Shown here: one piece after another, positions 49,594 to 62,655 of the stretch
Layout: each line of letters begins with the position of its first letter
Position numbering within the stretch: position 1 is the first letter of the stretch
Assembly (NCBI RefSeq): GCF_023055435.1
Contig: NW_025964373.1
Location: 930,001-994,000 of the forward strand
Length of the DNA: 64,000 nt
From: Haliotis rufescens
Lineage: Eukaryota
Direction: 5' to 3'
Position numbers and translations under genes: made by a program
The notes under the pieces: generated by a model
What the model was told of the DNA's origin: nothing
Seen by the model: the letters and a program-made list of their open reading frames with translations, nothing else
Database searches by the model: none

Positions 49594-51618
49594 AGCCCCT
49601 GTTCAACAAAGAGAACGTAGTGCTGAGATGATCATAACTCAATCATTCAACATAGACTTATGACAGTCGTAGCGTTAAAATGATCATAACTCCATACTTC
49701 AACATAGACTTATAACAATCGTAGCGTTAAGACGATCGTAACTCCATACTTCAACATAGACTTATGACAGTCGTAGCGTTAAGATGATCATAACTCCATA
49801 CTTCAACATACACTTATGACAGTCATAGCGTTAAGACGATCATAACTCCATACTTCAACATAGACTTATGACAGTCATAGCGTTAAGACGATCATAACTA
49901 GATACTTCAACATAGACTTATGAAAGTCATAGCGTTAAGATGATCATAACTCCATACTTCAACATAGACTTATGACAGTCTTAGCGTTAAGATGATCGTA
50001 ACTCCATACTTCAACATAGACTTATGACAGTCGTAGCGTTAAGACGATCTTAACTCCATACTTCAACATAGACTTATGACAGTCGTAGCGTTAAGATGAT
50101 CGTAACTCCATACTTCAACATACACTTATAACAATCGTAGTGCCAAGACGATCGTAACTCCATACTTCAACACAGACTTATGACAGTCGTAGCGTTAAGA
50201 TGATCATAACTCCATACTTCAACATAGACTTATGACAGTCATAGCGTTAAGATGATCATAACTCCATACTTCAACATAGACTTATAACAATCGTAGTGCC
50301 AAGACGATCGTAACTCCATACTTCAACATAGACTTATGACAGTCCTAGCGTTAAGATGATCATAACTCCATACTTCAACATAGACTTATGACAGTCGTAG
50401 CGTTAAGACGATCATAACTCCATACTTCAACATAGACTTATGACAGTCATAGCGTTAAGATGATCATAACTCCATACTTCAACATAGACTTATGACAGTC
50501 ATAGCGTTAAGACGATCATAACTCCATACTTCAATAAAGACTTATGACAGTCATAGCGTTAAGACGATCATAACTCCATACTTCAACATAGACTTATGAC
50601 AGTCATAGCGTTAAGATGATCATAACTCCATACTTCAACATAGACTTATAACAATCGTAGTGCCAAGACGATCGTAACTCCATACTTCAACATAGACTTA
50701 TGACAGTCATAGCGTTAAGATGATCATAACTCCATACTTCAACATAGACTTAAGACAGTCGTAGTGTTAAGACGATCGTAACTCCATACTTCAATATAGA
50801 CTTATGACAGTCATAGCGTTAAGATGATCATAACTCCATACTTCAACATAGACTTATGACAGTCGTAGTGTTAAGATGATCGTAACTCCATACTTCAACA
50901 TAGACTTAAGACAGTCGTAGCGTTAAGATGATCGTAACTCCATACTTCAATATAGACTTATGACAGTCGTAGCGTTAAGATGATCATAACTCCATACTTC
51001 AACATAGACTTATGACAGTCGTAGCGTTAAGATGATCGTAACTCCATTCTTCAACATAGACTTATGACAGTCGTAGCGTTAAGATGATCGTAACTCCATT
51101 CTTCAATATAGACTTATGACAGTCGTAGCGTTAAGACGATCTTAACTCCATACTTCAACATAGACTTATGACAGTCATAGCGCTAAGATGATTGTAACTC
51201 CATTCTTCAATATAGACTTATGACAGTCGTAGCGTTAAGATGATCGTAACTCCATTCTTCAATATAGACTTATGACAGTCGTAGCGTTAAGACGATCGTA
51301 ACTCCATACTTCAATATAGACTTATGACAGTCGTAGCGTTAAGACGATCGTAACTCCATACTTCAATATAGACTTATGACAGTCATAGCGCTAAGATGAT
51401 CGTAACTCCATTCTTCAATATAGACTTATGACAGTCGTAGCGTTAAGATGATCGTAACTCCATTCTTCAATATAGACTTATGACAGTCGTAGCGTTAAGA
51501 CGATCGTAACTCCATACTTCAATATAGACTTATGACAGTCATAGCGCTAAGATGATCGTAACTCCATACTTCAATATAGACAGTCATAGCACAATGATCA
51601 CTTGGTGGAACAGGGCCC
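49594..51618. repeat. 52-bp satellite (~38 copies) bounded by MITE-like terminal inverted repeats
   Basis: Unit TAGCGTTAAGATGATCATAACTCCATACTTCAACATAGACTTATGACAGTCG. Left end CCCTGTTCAACAAAGAGAACGTAGTGCT is an imperfect inverse of right end AGCACAATGATCACTTGGTGGAACAGGG. Confidence 0.9.
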
Positions 51619-54600
51619 AGGACTAGATGTCGAGGAAACAGAGCCATTGTGTATTGTGCTTGCTGACCATGAAATCTTTGACAAATCATTTGTCTCCTAA
51701 ATCAATGCAAAGAAATTATTTGACACTTTTCCCTCTTTTTCCCAATCCAAATCACCATGTTTGTATTTAATGACCAGAATCATACCAGGGCCATTCTGAT
51801 CACCATCCAGAATACTGACAGGGCCTCGCAGTGTGACTGATGATAGGCTGTACACTTGTACAGTTTCTATTACACAATTAAACATCGTCCCCATGGGTTT
51901 TGCAAGGAGCTGTTCTACGTCATCCCTTATAATTGGAAACAAAACACTTTCTTGAATGGTGGAGCAGTCATACAGAGGTCGGGGACTTTTCTAGGGTTTG
52001 AAACTGAGTGCCCCTGGCTGGCAAATTGGGAAAAGCATTTTTCTGTATAAATTGGGATTTATTTAATGTTGTTATTTTCCTAAAATCTGAGGTTTGTTGT
52101 AAACATTGCATTCAGTGAAATAATGTAAAAATAAGCACAAAAGCCTCTTCGTCTCTATTGGTCCTGTGATGGGTGCTACCAGCAGAGCAGGACATGCTAT
52201 CCCTTTCTTGAACGCCTGGTGTCATCACTGATTTTTAGAGATCCAGTGATATCATTTTCATCACTCTTTAGCCTTTTACGCCCAATGGAATCTGTCCTGG
52301 CAGATAATCATGCTCATTCTCTGGTGCTGATGTTTTACATAATATCTGATAACATTTCTTCAGGATGTCACAGAACTATGCAGTGTCTGCCCCCATGCAC
52401 AATCTGCTAGACTTATTGTAAAACATCAGTCTCAAGAAATTCTATTCCGTAATATGGCAAATACTTCATCAATTTATGTCCTTTCCTTCTCTTGATCAAA
52501 CAGAAGAGTATTTCTTTCCGAAAGCAAACAGAACTACCTGGCCACTGTTCTCACACAGATTGGCGGGACAATTACTAAATGTCAGTTTTAAGTTCCATAC
52601 CTAAACATCACAGTTACTTCATCAGTTTATAGCCTTTCCTTCCCCTGACACTTGTCTGATAGTTCTTACATTCCATTAGCAGTCAGACAAACTCCTTTTT
52701 GAAATCACTCATCCTGATTAATGTTAAGTGGTATATTTGTCCACTAGGCCTTAGTTGAACCTTGATAATGATCTTTTATAAGTCTGGATACCTAAAACCT
52801 TTGACACTTGGAAAGAATTGGCTGAATAAACAAGATCTTATGATTTAATGGGATAATATCCAGAATAAAAATCTACAGTACCCCAAAGTCAACGTCTTCT
52901 TCATCTTTCAAATGATATTACATGAGGACTAGAACTGTTTGGACTGTGTACATGTCTATATCTTCTGAATAAACAAAACAATTTTGTGGTTATTCTTAAA
53001 TTTAAAACATAAGGAACTTTATAACAAAATACCCCAAAGTATTCTCCTTAATCAACAAATTATCAAACAAATCACAAAAATTATTACATCATGTCAAAGA
53101 TTTAACATGATAAAGAGACTTGTTTTTTACAGCATTCCTCCACTGCAGCAAAACAAAGTCTTATGATTCCTCGATAAGTCTTTCACATATTGATTATGGT
53201 CACTTTAAGTGTCAGTGCAAATCATTACATTGATTTCCAAACATATATTGATGAAACACACAAATACATATGAATGCATACAAGACATTGGCGAGGTAAG
53301 TCCCAATAATCAATGAAGGAAAAGTGGTCAAATACCAAGCAGAACAGAACTGAAATTTGAATACATTTCACATAAACTGTTTGTTGCAATTTATAAATCA
53401 TAAATCTAGACGAAAGATACCTTGTCTTCAAAAAATAATCCTCCTGAAAATATTCCTGCTCTGTGGTTATGAATATGTCCTGGATAAAAAAGACTGAATG
53501 ATTGAATACTCAAAAAATATTTCTCATGCCTTGCAATTAAGAAATATTTCATGGAAAACTAAAACAAAATACAAACCTATATCTGACTTAAAAGTAATAC
53601 ATTTGAAATGAACAAACATCTAAATCTAAGTATTCATTTTACAAACCTGACATTTGAAAACATGAGCAAATAGATTGGACATATGCCCAGAGACTTCACT
53701 CAATATATATTACAAATATTGGTCTTTAACATCCACCGATGTCCTGCCTGAAGGCAATCTGCAGTTCACCACGGTCATGCCACATTTCCAAGTATAAGAA
53801 CATTACCCACTGCATGTCCCCAGTTTCCAATAACGACCAACAATCAAAACCAGATATAAATACCTTTGTCTGTCCTGGTAAGTCTGGCAATGACTGGCGG
53901 TGTAAACAATATGAAGTCTTGACTCAGGAACCTGATCACAAAACATCTACCCCCACCGAGAGAATTTCCTCCTCAGTCACCAACACTAAAGCAGGTTCCG
54001 GTACCACTAATCAGATAGCAGAATCACTACCATACCATCACCACAACACACGCCACCAACACCAGACACCAACACCGCCCAGACAACCAACACTGCCACA
54101 GACAACCAACTTTGCCAAGGAAACCATTCTAATATCCCCAATTATGTAATGTGAATAAAAAATTGGACAGATTAAAAGATCTGTTTTCCTTTTCCAGTAT
54201 TGACCATGGGATATTGTCAATAGCAACATAGCCCCGCTTTGCCAGCTATAGTCAGGCTGCAGTGGCCGTGTTATTTGCTGGAGCCGACACGTGGCATTTT
54301 CTCACACTAATCAGGCATGTAGTGTATGAATGCACCAAATCATGTTGTGCTTTCCTGATAGATTCTTCTGCTTCAGCCCCTCAGCGATGATGAACAGGCA
54401 TACAACAAACGTTGCTTCTAGGTACTAACGACCCAGGACTAATTAGACCCCCAACAACAATCTTCAGAAGCTATTTGAAACCTCTGATTCAATGACTACA
54501 GGACAAAAATGTCAGATACACACAAAAACTTAGCCAAACCTTGCATCCTTCCTTGCGGTATGCATTTTCACAACACCCAGTGCAATTAATCAAATACCAT

Positions 54601-55077
54601 CCAATGCATACAAAGCTTAAGTTACGGTTAAGTAATAAACTTTTCATATCTATTGGAATGACTCTTACAACAGAAGATTTTCTTAATGAGGACAAAGCCC
54701 TTGTGGTTAACGATTGCGATTTCTTTCCAACCATATTGAGGCTTGCCAATTTCAGTTTGCATTTTTAAGAGCAATTTTGTCATGGTAAAACATGCTACTT
54801 TTCAACAATCATATGACTGAACTTGTATACTATCCTCCTGTAGAGGAGTAATATCCAACCACAGAGACTGAGGAGTGCAGTAGCCCTATACATTGCATTC
54901 TTAGTCGATATTATTTAGCCCTTTCAGTCCTGAAGCCTGAATGACAATTACCCATCCATGTAGTGCAGACACTGAATTACACACATTTTACACATCCAAC
55001 ATAATATTCCAGCCAAAAGGCATGATACTGATGACTCAAGTTGCATGTGTGATGGTATATTTTCTGTTCTCAGGTCA

Positions 55078-55180
55078 CCGACATGGGTACAATCTGTGAA
55101 GCCCATTTCTGGTGTCCCCCGCCGTGATATTGCTGGAATATTGCTAAAAGCGGCGTAAAACCATACTCAATACAATACAA
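55078..55180 (+). mobile_element. Young 5'-truncated family A SINE
   Basis: Matches 4068-4140. Perfect 13-bp TSD TGTTCTCAGGTCA at 55065-55077 and 55181-55193. Confidence 0.88.
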
Positions 55181-58100
55181 TGTTCTCAGGTCAATAATGT
55201 ATGGACATATTGTGCCCCTATTGACAGGAACTAAATCTGAACTCTTCCCGGAAAGTGTCAAGGAATGTATACAAAAAACACTTTAAGCCTCTTGAAACGC
55301 CTCATTAGACTGGCTTGTTGGGTGGAGGGGAATGCTGGTTATAGGAACTTCTTGAAGGGGTGTTTTCAATGATATAAATGGTAACCAAAAACAGGTAACC
55401 AAGCTTGTCTCAAATAACTTTCAGTAGCAGTTACATTGATCTGGAATACACAGTTTGACTTGTCATGTTCATACTGAGAGAAATGCAACAAAATATCATC
55501 TTGTACATGGTTTTGAATCAGAACACTGTTTAAAATTCAGTGATGCTTGACATCAAAAAGCTTACAGAGACATGAAAAAGGAAATATTTCTTCACATGTG
55601 AATCTCAAAATATCTTTGGATCATATGCCTCCTAGTTTGAAATGTTTCTGGTAATGACATTATACAGATCTTCAAGCTGCACACCTATCTAAAATCTGTC
55701 ACCACTTACAAAGGCAACTCTGATGTCTTCATAACTGCATTAGTTCTATAAGAAAGGTTGTCTCTTTGATGCAAAAGTTCCCTTTTCAGTTCAAATATCA
55801 TTATCTCTGACCTTTAGACTAAATGTCACTTGTTCCTATTGTTTGCTTGGAATCATGGATAACAGACGCAAGAAGTGGTGAGCAGACGCACGGAGTGGTG
55901 GGCAGACATAGAGAGCATACGCCCAGACTGGATGTGAGAAAAGAGCAGCTGTACTGACCGTCTGCCTTCAATCTCTCTGTATAAATCATTGTGATAAACA
56001 TTAAAGTCAAATGGCAGGCAAATGATTTCAATACCGAATAAATCATTTATGAAAAAAAGAAGAATGACAGACCAGAGCAAGAAGATTCATAATTGAGTTA
56101 TATTCTGAGTGCTCTGCGAGTCATGATCATGCTATTAAAATTTCCTTTCATAGAAAAATTGTTCCCATTAACTTGATATTCACAGAAACAATTTCTCCTG
56201 GAAATATAATTTCTAACTTAATTCAAAATCATCCTTAATCCGAAAACAAATATGGAATAATGGAACAAAGTAGATGCTTGTGTGTTCATTTGTTGTGATG
56301 TGAAAGTATTTCACTCAATTGCAAATACAATGACCCAAAATCTTTGAAAGTTTATCCTTAGTTTGCTTGACTAGATTTAGAACTTACTATGATGATGAGT
56401 TGATAGGAATTAATGACATACCTTACAGCAGAGTGTTGGAATCTCTATGAAGATGGATAACAATATCAGCCGGCCTGCAGGCTGGCATCAGTATCTGATC
56501 CTCTCCTAGCACAGCCCCACATATTGCATGTCAGGGGGCCATTTTGTCACCATCTCTAAGCCTTTATGATGGGACATCTTCCTCCAGAGGAAATTGACTC
56601 GGGTAAAAAATTGATTTTGACTACAAAAACGACACAGTCAAACTGATAGGTTGGTGTTTTCTTAGTCACGCTTGTCAGGTAAAAAGTCAGAGCATGCGAT
56701 GACACAAGATGAGGCCACGTTTGATACAATACAGGAGGGAGATGGTTTGACTGCTTGAGACAAGTCAGTTGGGCTGATGTCGGAGTAAGGCGTATCTCTT
56801 TCTCCACACGCTGTAATTAGTGTGCATGCACTCACTGGCTTGTCACATTACAGTTTACACGAGGGCCATGACTGACACAACTTCATCATCAACTATGTTA
56901 GCCTCCTCACAGACAATATTCTATAAGTTTGTGTCAAAACATCAATTACTTTTATTAGATTTGAGTTCTGATTTTCAATAGTTGTACAATCACATATCAG
57001 TCCTCTGATTTTTTAGTACATACGTGTTGAATAGTGACATAGTGCACACACTGTTGGCGTATGGACAAGACTGGCTTCACAAACATGTCAACATCGCAAT
57101 ATTGTCAGAAAACATTTGGAAGGATAGAACATGTTTATTATTTTAATTCGTCCCCACCTCAGTCTGGAATTTTTCATCAAAACAAAAAGAAGATCGACTT
57201 AGTTCTAATACTTGACTTAAGTTTACTCGGTAAGTTGCAATTTGAGAACCCCCCTGGTAAATATAATGTCAACACCAGAGAATTACCATTCTCGATTATC
57301 TGCCGAAACGGATTCCATTGGGTGTCAAAGGCAAAATTGGTGCCAAATTTAAATGAAAATTATAATTTTAAAATAATATGATATAAAAAATATATCATAT
57401 AGACCATGCCATAAATCTTCCAGTAGAAACTAATACAAATTCTCAAGATTAGTTTTCTCTCCATAATCTATTTTGAGGATTGCCAGGGCAGACATTGAAC
57501 CCAGTAAGCATAGTTACTGGAACTAGGTGTGTGGCTCTGCCACATGTGATAACCTATTTGAATACATGATGGAACGGTCACTTCGCTATTGCTTGGCTAT
57601 CAATTCATATTCTTCAAGAGTCTTCCCTCCATCATACTCTCCGACCTGTCTCCACGTGTAACCGAGCAGCCCCCAAGACAGAGTGTCATCAATCTCCCTC
57701 CAACACTCACAATGCAAAAATCCAAGGTGTAATTGACTTGCAGAGCATCATCACTTCAAAACAGCTTTCCTGTCGCCAATTCAGAGATTAATTATATTCT
57801 AAGACTATTACACTGCAAAAATGCACCATGATATTGAATTCTGATATTCAAGAATTCTAAATGAGATCCAATTAATTCTCCGATTTTTTTACAAGTCAGT
57901 TCTGGTTGGTTTTGTACCAGGAAAGGTGAACTAAACTAATATCCTGAGGCAAAATAATTTTAAAAGATTCACTTCCCATTTTCGAACACCAATTCAATAA
58001 ATCCAATATTCAAATAAGGTTATCAAAATTTAACATGTAACTTCTATTTCAAGAAACTATTGTCATAGAATACATAGAATAGAACCAAGTTTCCATACCA

Positions 58101-58461
58101 AATACCAGGAAGCAATTATTAAATGTGCCTGTTTTGTCTTTTCAAATCTTACTTATAACTTTAATCTTTTCAGAATGGATGCAATAGTAGTATAGCCAAC
58201 ATCAATTGTAAACTTTAATACCTACAGAAACCAAATCTATAATTAACATACAGAAATAAAATGACTTTCTTTCATAACATGTCAAGCTAACCCTGGAAAA
58301 TCTCTGTTTGAAATAGGACATTAATAAATTTCTGGGTTCCGTAGGTGCATGGGTAAATGATAATAATTCAAAATTGGAACACTTATGGAATAAACATCAC
58401 CCTTTTAGAAAACAACAGTGCCCTTCCTGACAATTGAATCAGTTACTATAATTCTACAGGA

Positions 58462-58753
58462 TGGGATGACTCCACGCCCTGCTACATACTCAGCCCTTCC
58501 CACCACCCCCGTCAACAGAAGACAAAGACGGGGTTAACCTGTGGACAAAGCATTCGACCTCAGAATAGAAGATCCATGGTGTGAATCCCATCACGGGACT
58601 TGAAAATTTTATGGCTGCTACATTGGTGCTCAACGTGTGGCTGAGCACGTTCATATTATATTTGAGCAAAATAAATCTCAGTACCCTACTATGTGGCCCG
58701 GGATGTGCCTTCTGTTGAAGGGGGAGTATGTAGCAGGGCGTGGAGTCATCCCA
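58462..58753. repeat. Element with perfect 30-bp inverted repeats
   Basis: TGGGATGACTCCACGCCCTGCTACATACTC at 58462-58491 and its exact reverse complement at 58724-58753. Confidence 0.8.
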
Positions 58754-59504
58754 CAGATAACATCCTTACCTTGTCAGTGTAGCAGGGCATGGAGACATCC
58801 CACAGATGACATCCTTACCATGTCACTTACAACAGGACCAACTCGTGTAATTCAGTACAGATGGTAATAAAAAATGTTCATTGTATACATCTTGACTTGG
58901 GACTAATATTTGTAATCTATTTGATTAATTTTAGTCACATTTTCATTCCATAACAATTGTTTACATTAACTTTGGCAAAAATTGTGAGTGAAATGGCATG
59001 CTTACTGAACCTCATTCCCTCTGATTCACTTACAACTTTCGGCATACCTTTAGAATACAGTACCACAAACTTTTCAAACACGTGACAATACCCTATGTCG
59101 TAATTTGTAGTATTTTGTTGCCAGTCACATCGGCGAAACAATGCCCTGTGACGTCAGGGGTCATCGAGTGTGCATAAGCTCCTCCCAGTGATCTATCATC
59201 TCAACACGAAATGTCATTGAATAGGCCAAGCGCTGTTGAGAGTTTTGAATATTCTTTACTGAATATAGCCTGCTGCGGTGCATTTTATAGCAAGCGCTAG
59301 TTTACGAAAGCGCTTTTATTTTTCATATATTTTTTATTTCGTTTTTCTCGTAATTCAAGTGGCTGAAAGGATTATAAATGGGGACTAATATACATATATT
59401 TTTTTTCGTTGCATTAATTTTCATTATTATGCACAAGAATGTAGCTTATTAGGGATATTATATTGGCACTGAACACATCCAAATATTGCTAGTGTTAGGG
59501 TAGG

Positions 59505-59700
59505 TTACCCCGAACTCTATCCTTAGCCCTTGAATCCCCTTTACGATCAATCACCCCTTTTCGATCATTAGGGTTAGGTAACCGTTTAGTGGCTATTAGA
59601 TTACCCGAATTCTGTCCTTAGCCCTTGGAACCCCTTTACGATCAATCATCCCTTCACGATCATTAGGGTTCGGTAAATCTACCCATTTAGTTTCTATTAT
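59505..59700. repeat. ~96-bp direct duplication
   Basis: TTACCC(C)GAA...CCTTAGCCCTTG...CCCCTTTACGATCAATCA...CGATCATTAGGGTT occurs twice. Confidence 0.8.
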
Positions 59701-60273
59701 AGATTCTATAGCGGCTCCTAATATTCTTCACACAAAAACATCGAGTAAAAAGAATGAAATGTTTTTTTGTGTCAAACACTTTGGCGACTGGAAACTGTCC
59801 TGGAACATTCACACAAGCCACTTTCACCGGCTACATTTTTTCAGTACTGATTCAAAAGCGAACTCACTGTTGTGTCGTCACTAGCCACGCTCATGCCTCC
59901 CTCATTCCTTACCATTATCCACATCATCCTTACAGTGTTCCCTCCCACACTTTTCTGTAACAAAATCCACCCGACGAATAATTAAATAACATGTCATTCA
60001 TGTGTACTCGCGAGTTCGACATCTGACGCCTGGAGCCGTTTTCAGTTCGCGCCATATCGGATCATTCCTTGCCACTCGGTATCTTCTAGATTATGGAAAG
60101 GGACGAGTGTGCCAAATGGCATCGGGATCATTCGTAAGTGTCGATAGACTAAAGTCACGAGACACCATGCCTACCCGTAACCTTCGTAAGGGTCCGTCAC
60201 CTATTCACCCCTTTTCGTTCAGTTCCGTAACGTCGTAGGCATGACTAGGTAAATTTGCACTTTGTTTCACAGT

Positions 60274-60340
60274 GTGGACGTAGCTCAGTCGGTTAGCTGT
60301 CGGGCTAACAAACCGAAGGTCAGGAGTTCGCGTCCGAAGG
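60274..60340 (+). pseudogene. tRNA-like sequence (tRNA pseudogene or isolated SINE head)
   Basis: A box TAGCTCAGTCGG, anticodon-arm-like TCGGG-CTAACAA-ACCGA, then AGGTC and a degenerate B box GAGTTCGCGTCC. No acceptor stem. Confidence 0.55.
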
Positions 60341-61284
60341 ATTCTCAAAAAAACAGGTTGCTTGTCTTTGAGACATGTGACCTACGGCAGAGACCGTCCT
60401 CATGAGAAGTTGTGGTACTGTATTCTAAAGGTGCTCCCAACTTTCGTTTACCCTGTTCCCTCGGGTCCACTTTACCACATACCGAGACAGCACCAACTCG
60501 CATATTCACAGCAAACACAATCAGATTACTGCCACTGACGACTTGAAACAAACCTTAGTTGTCAGAGAATTGATACAAATATCATAACTGACACACTTTG
60601 ACTTGTTAAAAGTCATATTTGTTGTAGTTTGACAGTAACATGTCAACATCTTGTTTTGGCAATGAAAATAATCATACCGCAGGAGACTTAACGGTGACTT
60701 GTCAAACTGTTCCACATGTAAAATGTACCCTGAATATACCAAAGTGCTGTTAAAGTTTGTCAACGCTTGATTGTTCACCTGAGGTGATACAACATAACTT
60801 TTGACGGGGCACAATACACGAAATTGTACTCAAGTGCGCTCTAGGCACAAGAAAATATGACATTATGCTACCTACATTCCATATAAGGAATAACGCGGGG
60901 GGTCATCAATGGTCTCTGAGACCGCGTTGGGATGACTCTACTTGTATTTCGACTCTTGAGATGAAATTATGCAAATTTTGCAATAAGCAACATTCACTCC
61001 TTATAACATTCCATCATGAAACAGACTATAACCAAAGCTGGATCACTATATGACTTCCCCACTGATGTAGCCATCAATACAACATTTAACATTGAAAGAA
61101 GACTTTAAACACACATTCCCCACATGCAATCTTGCAATGTTTCTTTCTAATTCTCCCACCATCTGAACCTGAGTGCCAGGTTATTGATGAGGCAGTGAAG
61201 CTCCATTAAATGAGTATAAGTGGTACAAGCAGGCACGTGATGCAGAACCTGAGCATTTGAGGCTACTTTTATTATGAATACTTA

Positions 61285-61445
61285 CAGTAAAATATGTTTA
61301 TACTGAACATGCTTATAACGAACTGACGGATATAACAGGTTTTTTTTGTTCCTGCCATCTCCTGTATATATGCTTATAACGAACTACGGTTATAACGGAT
61401 TAAAACTGGTTGTCCCATTGAGTTTGTTATAACTGTAGCTTACTG
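61285..61445. mobile_element. Tc1/pogo-type MITE
   Basis: TA|CAGTAA...TTACTG|TA termini, with internal TTATAACGAAC repeats. Confidence 0.75.
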
Positions 61446-62478
61446 TATTTTATTCATGATTCATATCTGATTCAACATATTTGTATCAGTCTGGGTTCCT
61501 ACAAAAACTCTAACAGAAACTGTTTATGGTGGAGTTTTCTCAGCAATCTCTTGTAGATTCAAAGCTGAACTCATGCTGGACTGTATAAACTGTCCTCATG
61601 ACTCACATCCAGTGTGCAGCAGTATACATAACACTGCAGACAACGGACATAGGGAGTTATCAAAGAAGCTATAAAAACCTTATTATTCACATGATATACT
61701 CACAAATACAACCATGATATGCCCCATATGTGCATGTTATCAGACAGTTAAGTAAACCAACACATATTATCATAATAAAGGATGCATTTGCATATCGTAA
61801 TTAATATGCATAAGTAATAAGTCACACCATCAAAACAAAAGCATGGATGAGTGCAGAATTATCAACTTTGTACAATCACATGAACATGCCATCTAGTCTC
61901 TGACATAACATATTTAAAAAAAAACAAAACAGTTGTTAAATTATAGTGATAAAATGTAATAAAAAGGATCCAAGAGACTTTCTTCATTTTCAGAAACTAA
62001 ACAAATCTGAAGAACTATAAATGCTGTGAAATTCACAACATGTGTCAAGATTCCTATCCCCCATCACTGTCATGCAGTAATCTAGACTTGCCAAATATCA
62101 TAGACTTGCATGGGCTGTATTGGCTATATTTGTTTCAGGGTCCCTCTGACAGACTAGCCCGGGAGCATCTAGTCTTAAAGTAACTGTGGTCATATTTTAC
62201 TTATGATGTTGTCATTCCACAGAAGCATTTTAACTTAAAGATTTGCAGTGTACTGGTCTCTTAACTGAGCTGAACATGGTACCCATAGCCATAAAAAAAT
62301 TGTATATTTTATTTTTAAAAATAATTAAAACAAATTTCTTCTCTGCAATGTTAGGAATCTGATCTGGGCGAAAGGTTTCCCTGACAATTCTGACATTGAC
62401 CATCAATTTACCTCACTTGTTATGTGTGAAATAGGAAAACATGGGACAGGATATGCATTCAATTTACCTAAATTACTA

Positions 62479-62655
62479 CAGTAAACTACGGTTATAACAA
62501 ACTCAAAGGGACCACTAATTTTAGTTTGTTATAACCGTAGTTCATAATAAGCACACATATATATCATATGTACAGTAAATGGTCGGGACAAAATAAACAG
62601 TTAGTTAAAACCGTCAGTTCGTTATAAGTTTGTTCATTATAAATGTAGTTTACTG
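62479..62655. mobile_element. Tc1/pogo-type MITE, same family as 61285-61445 in opposite orientation
   Basis: TA|CAGTAAACTAC...GTAGTTTACTG|TA. CCGTCAGTTCGTTATAAG is the reverse complement of CTTATAACGAACTGACGG in the first copy. Confidence 0.78.

Noticed and set aside
39240-51618. CRISPR-like appearance of the regular repeats
   Set aside because: Units are head-to-tail with no unique spacers, there are no cas genes, and the context is eukaryotic.
60274-60340. Functional tRNA gene
   Set aside because: No acceptor stem and a degenerate T arm. Listed only as tRNA-like.
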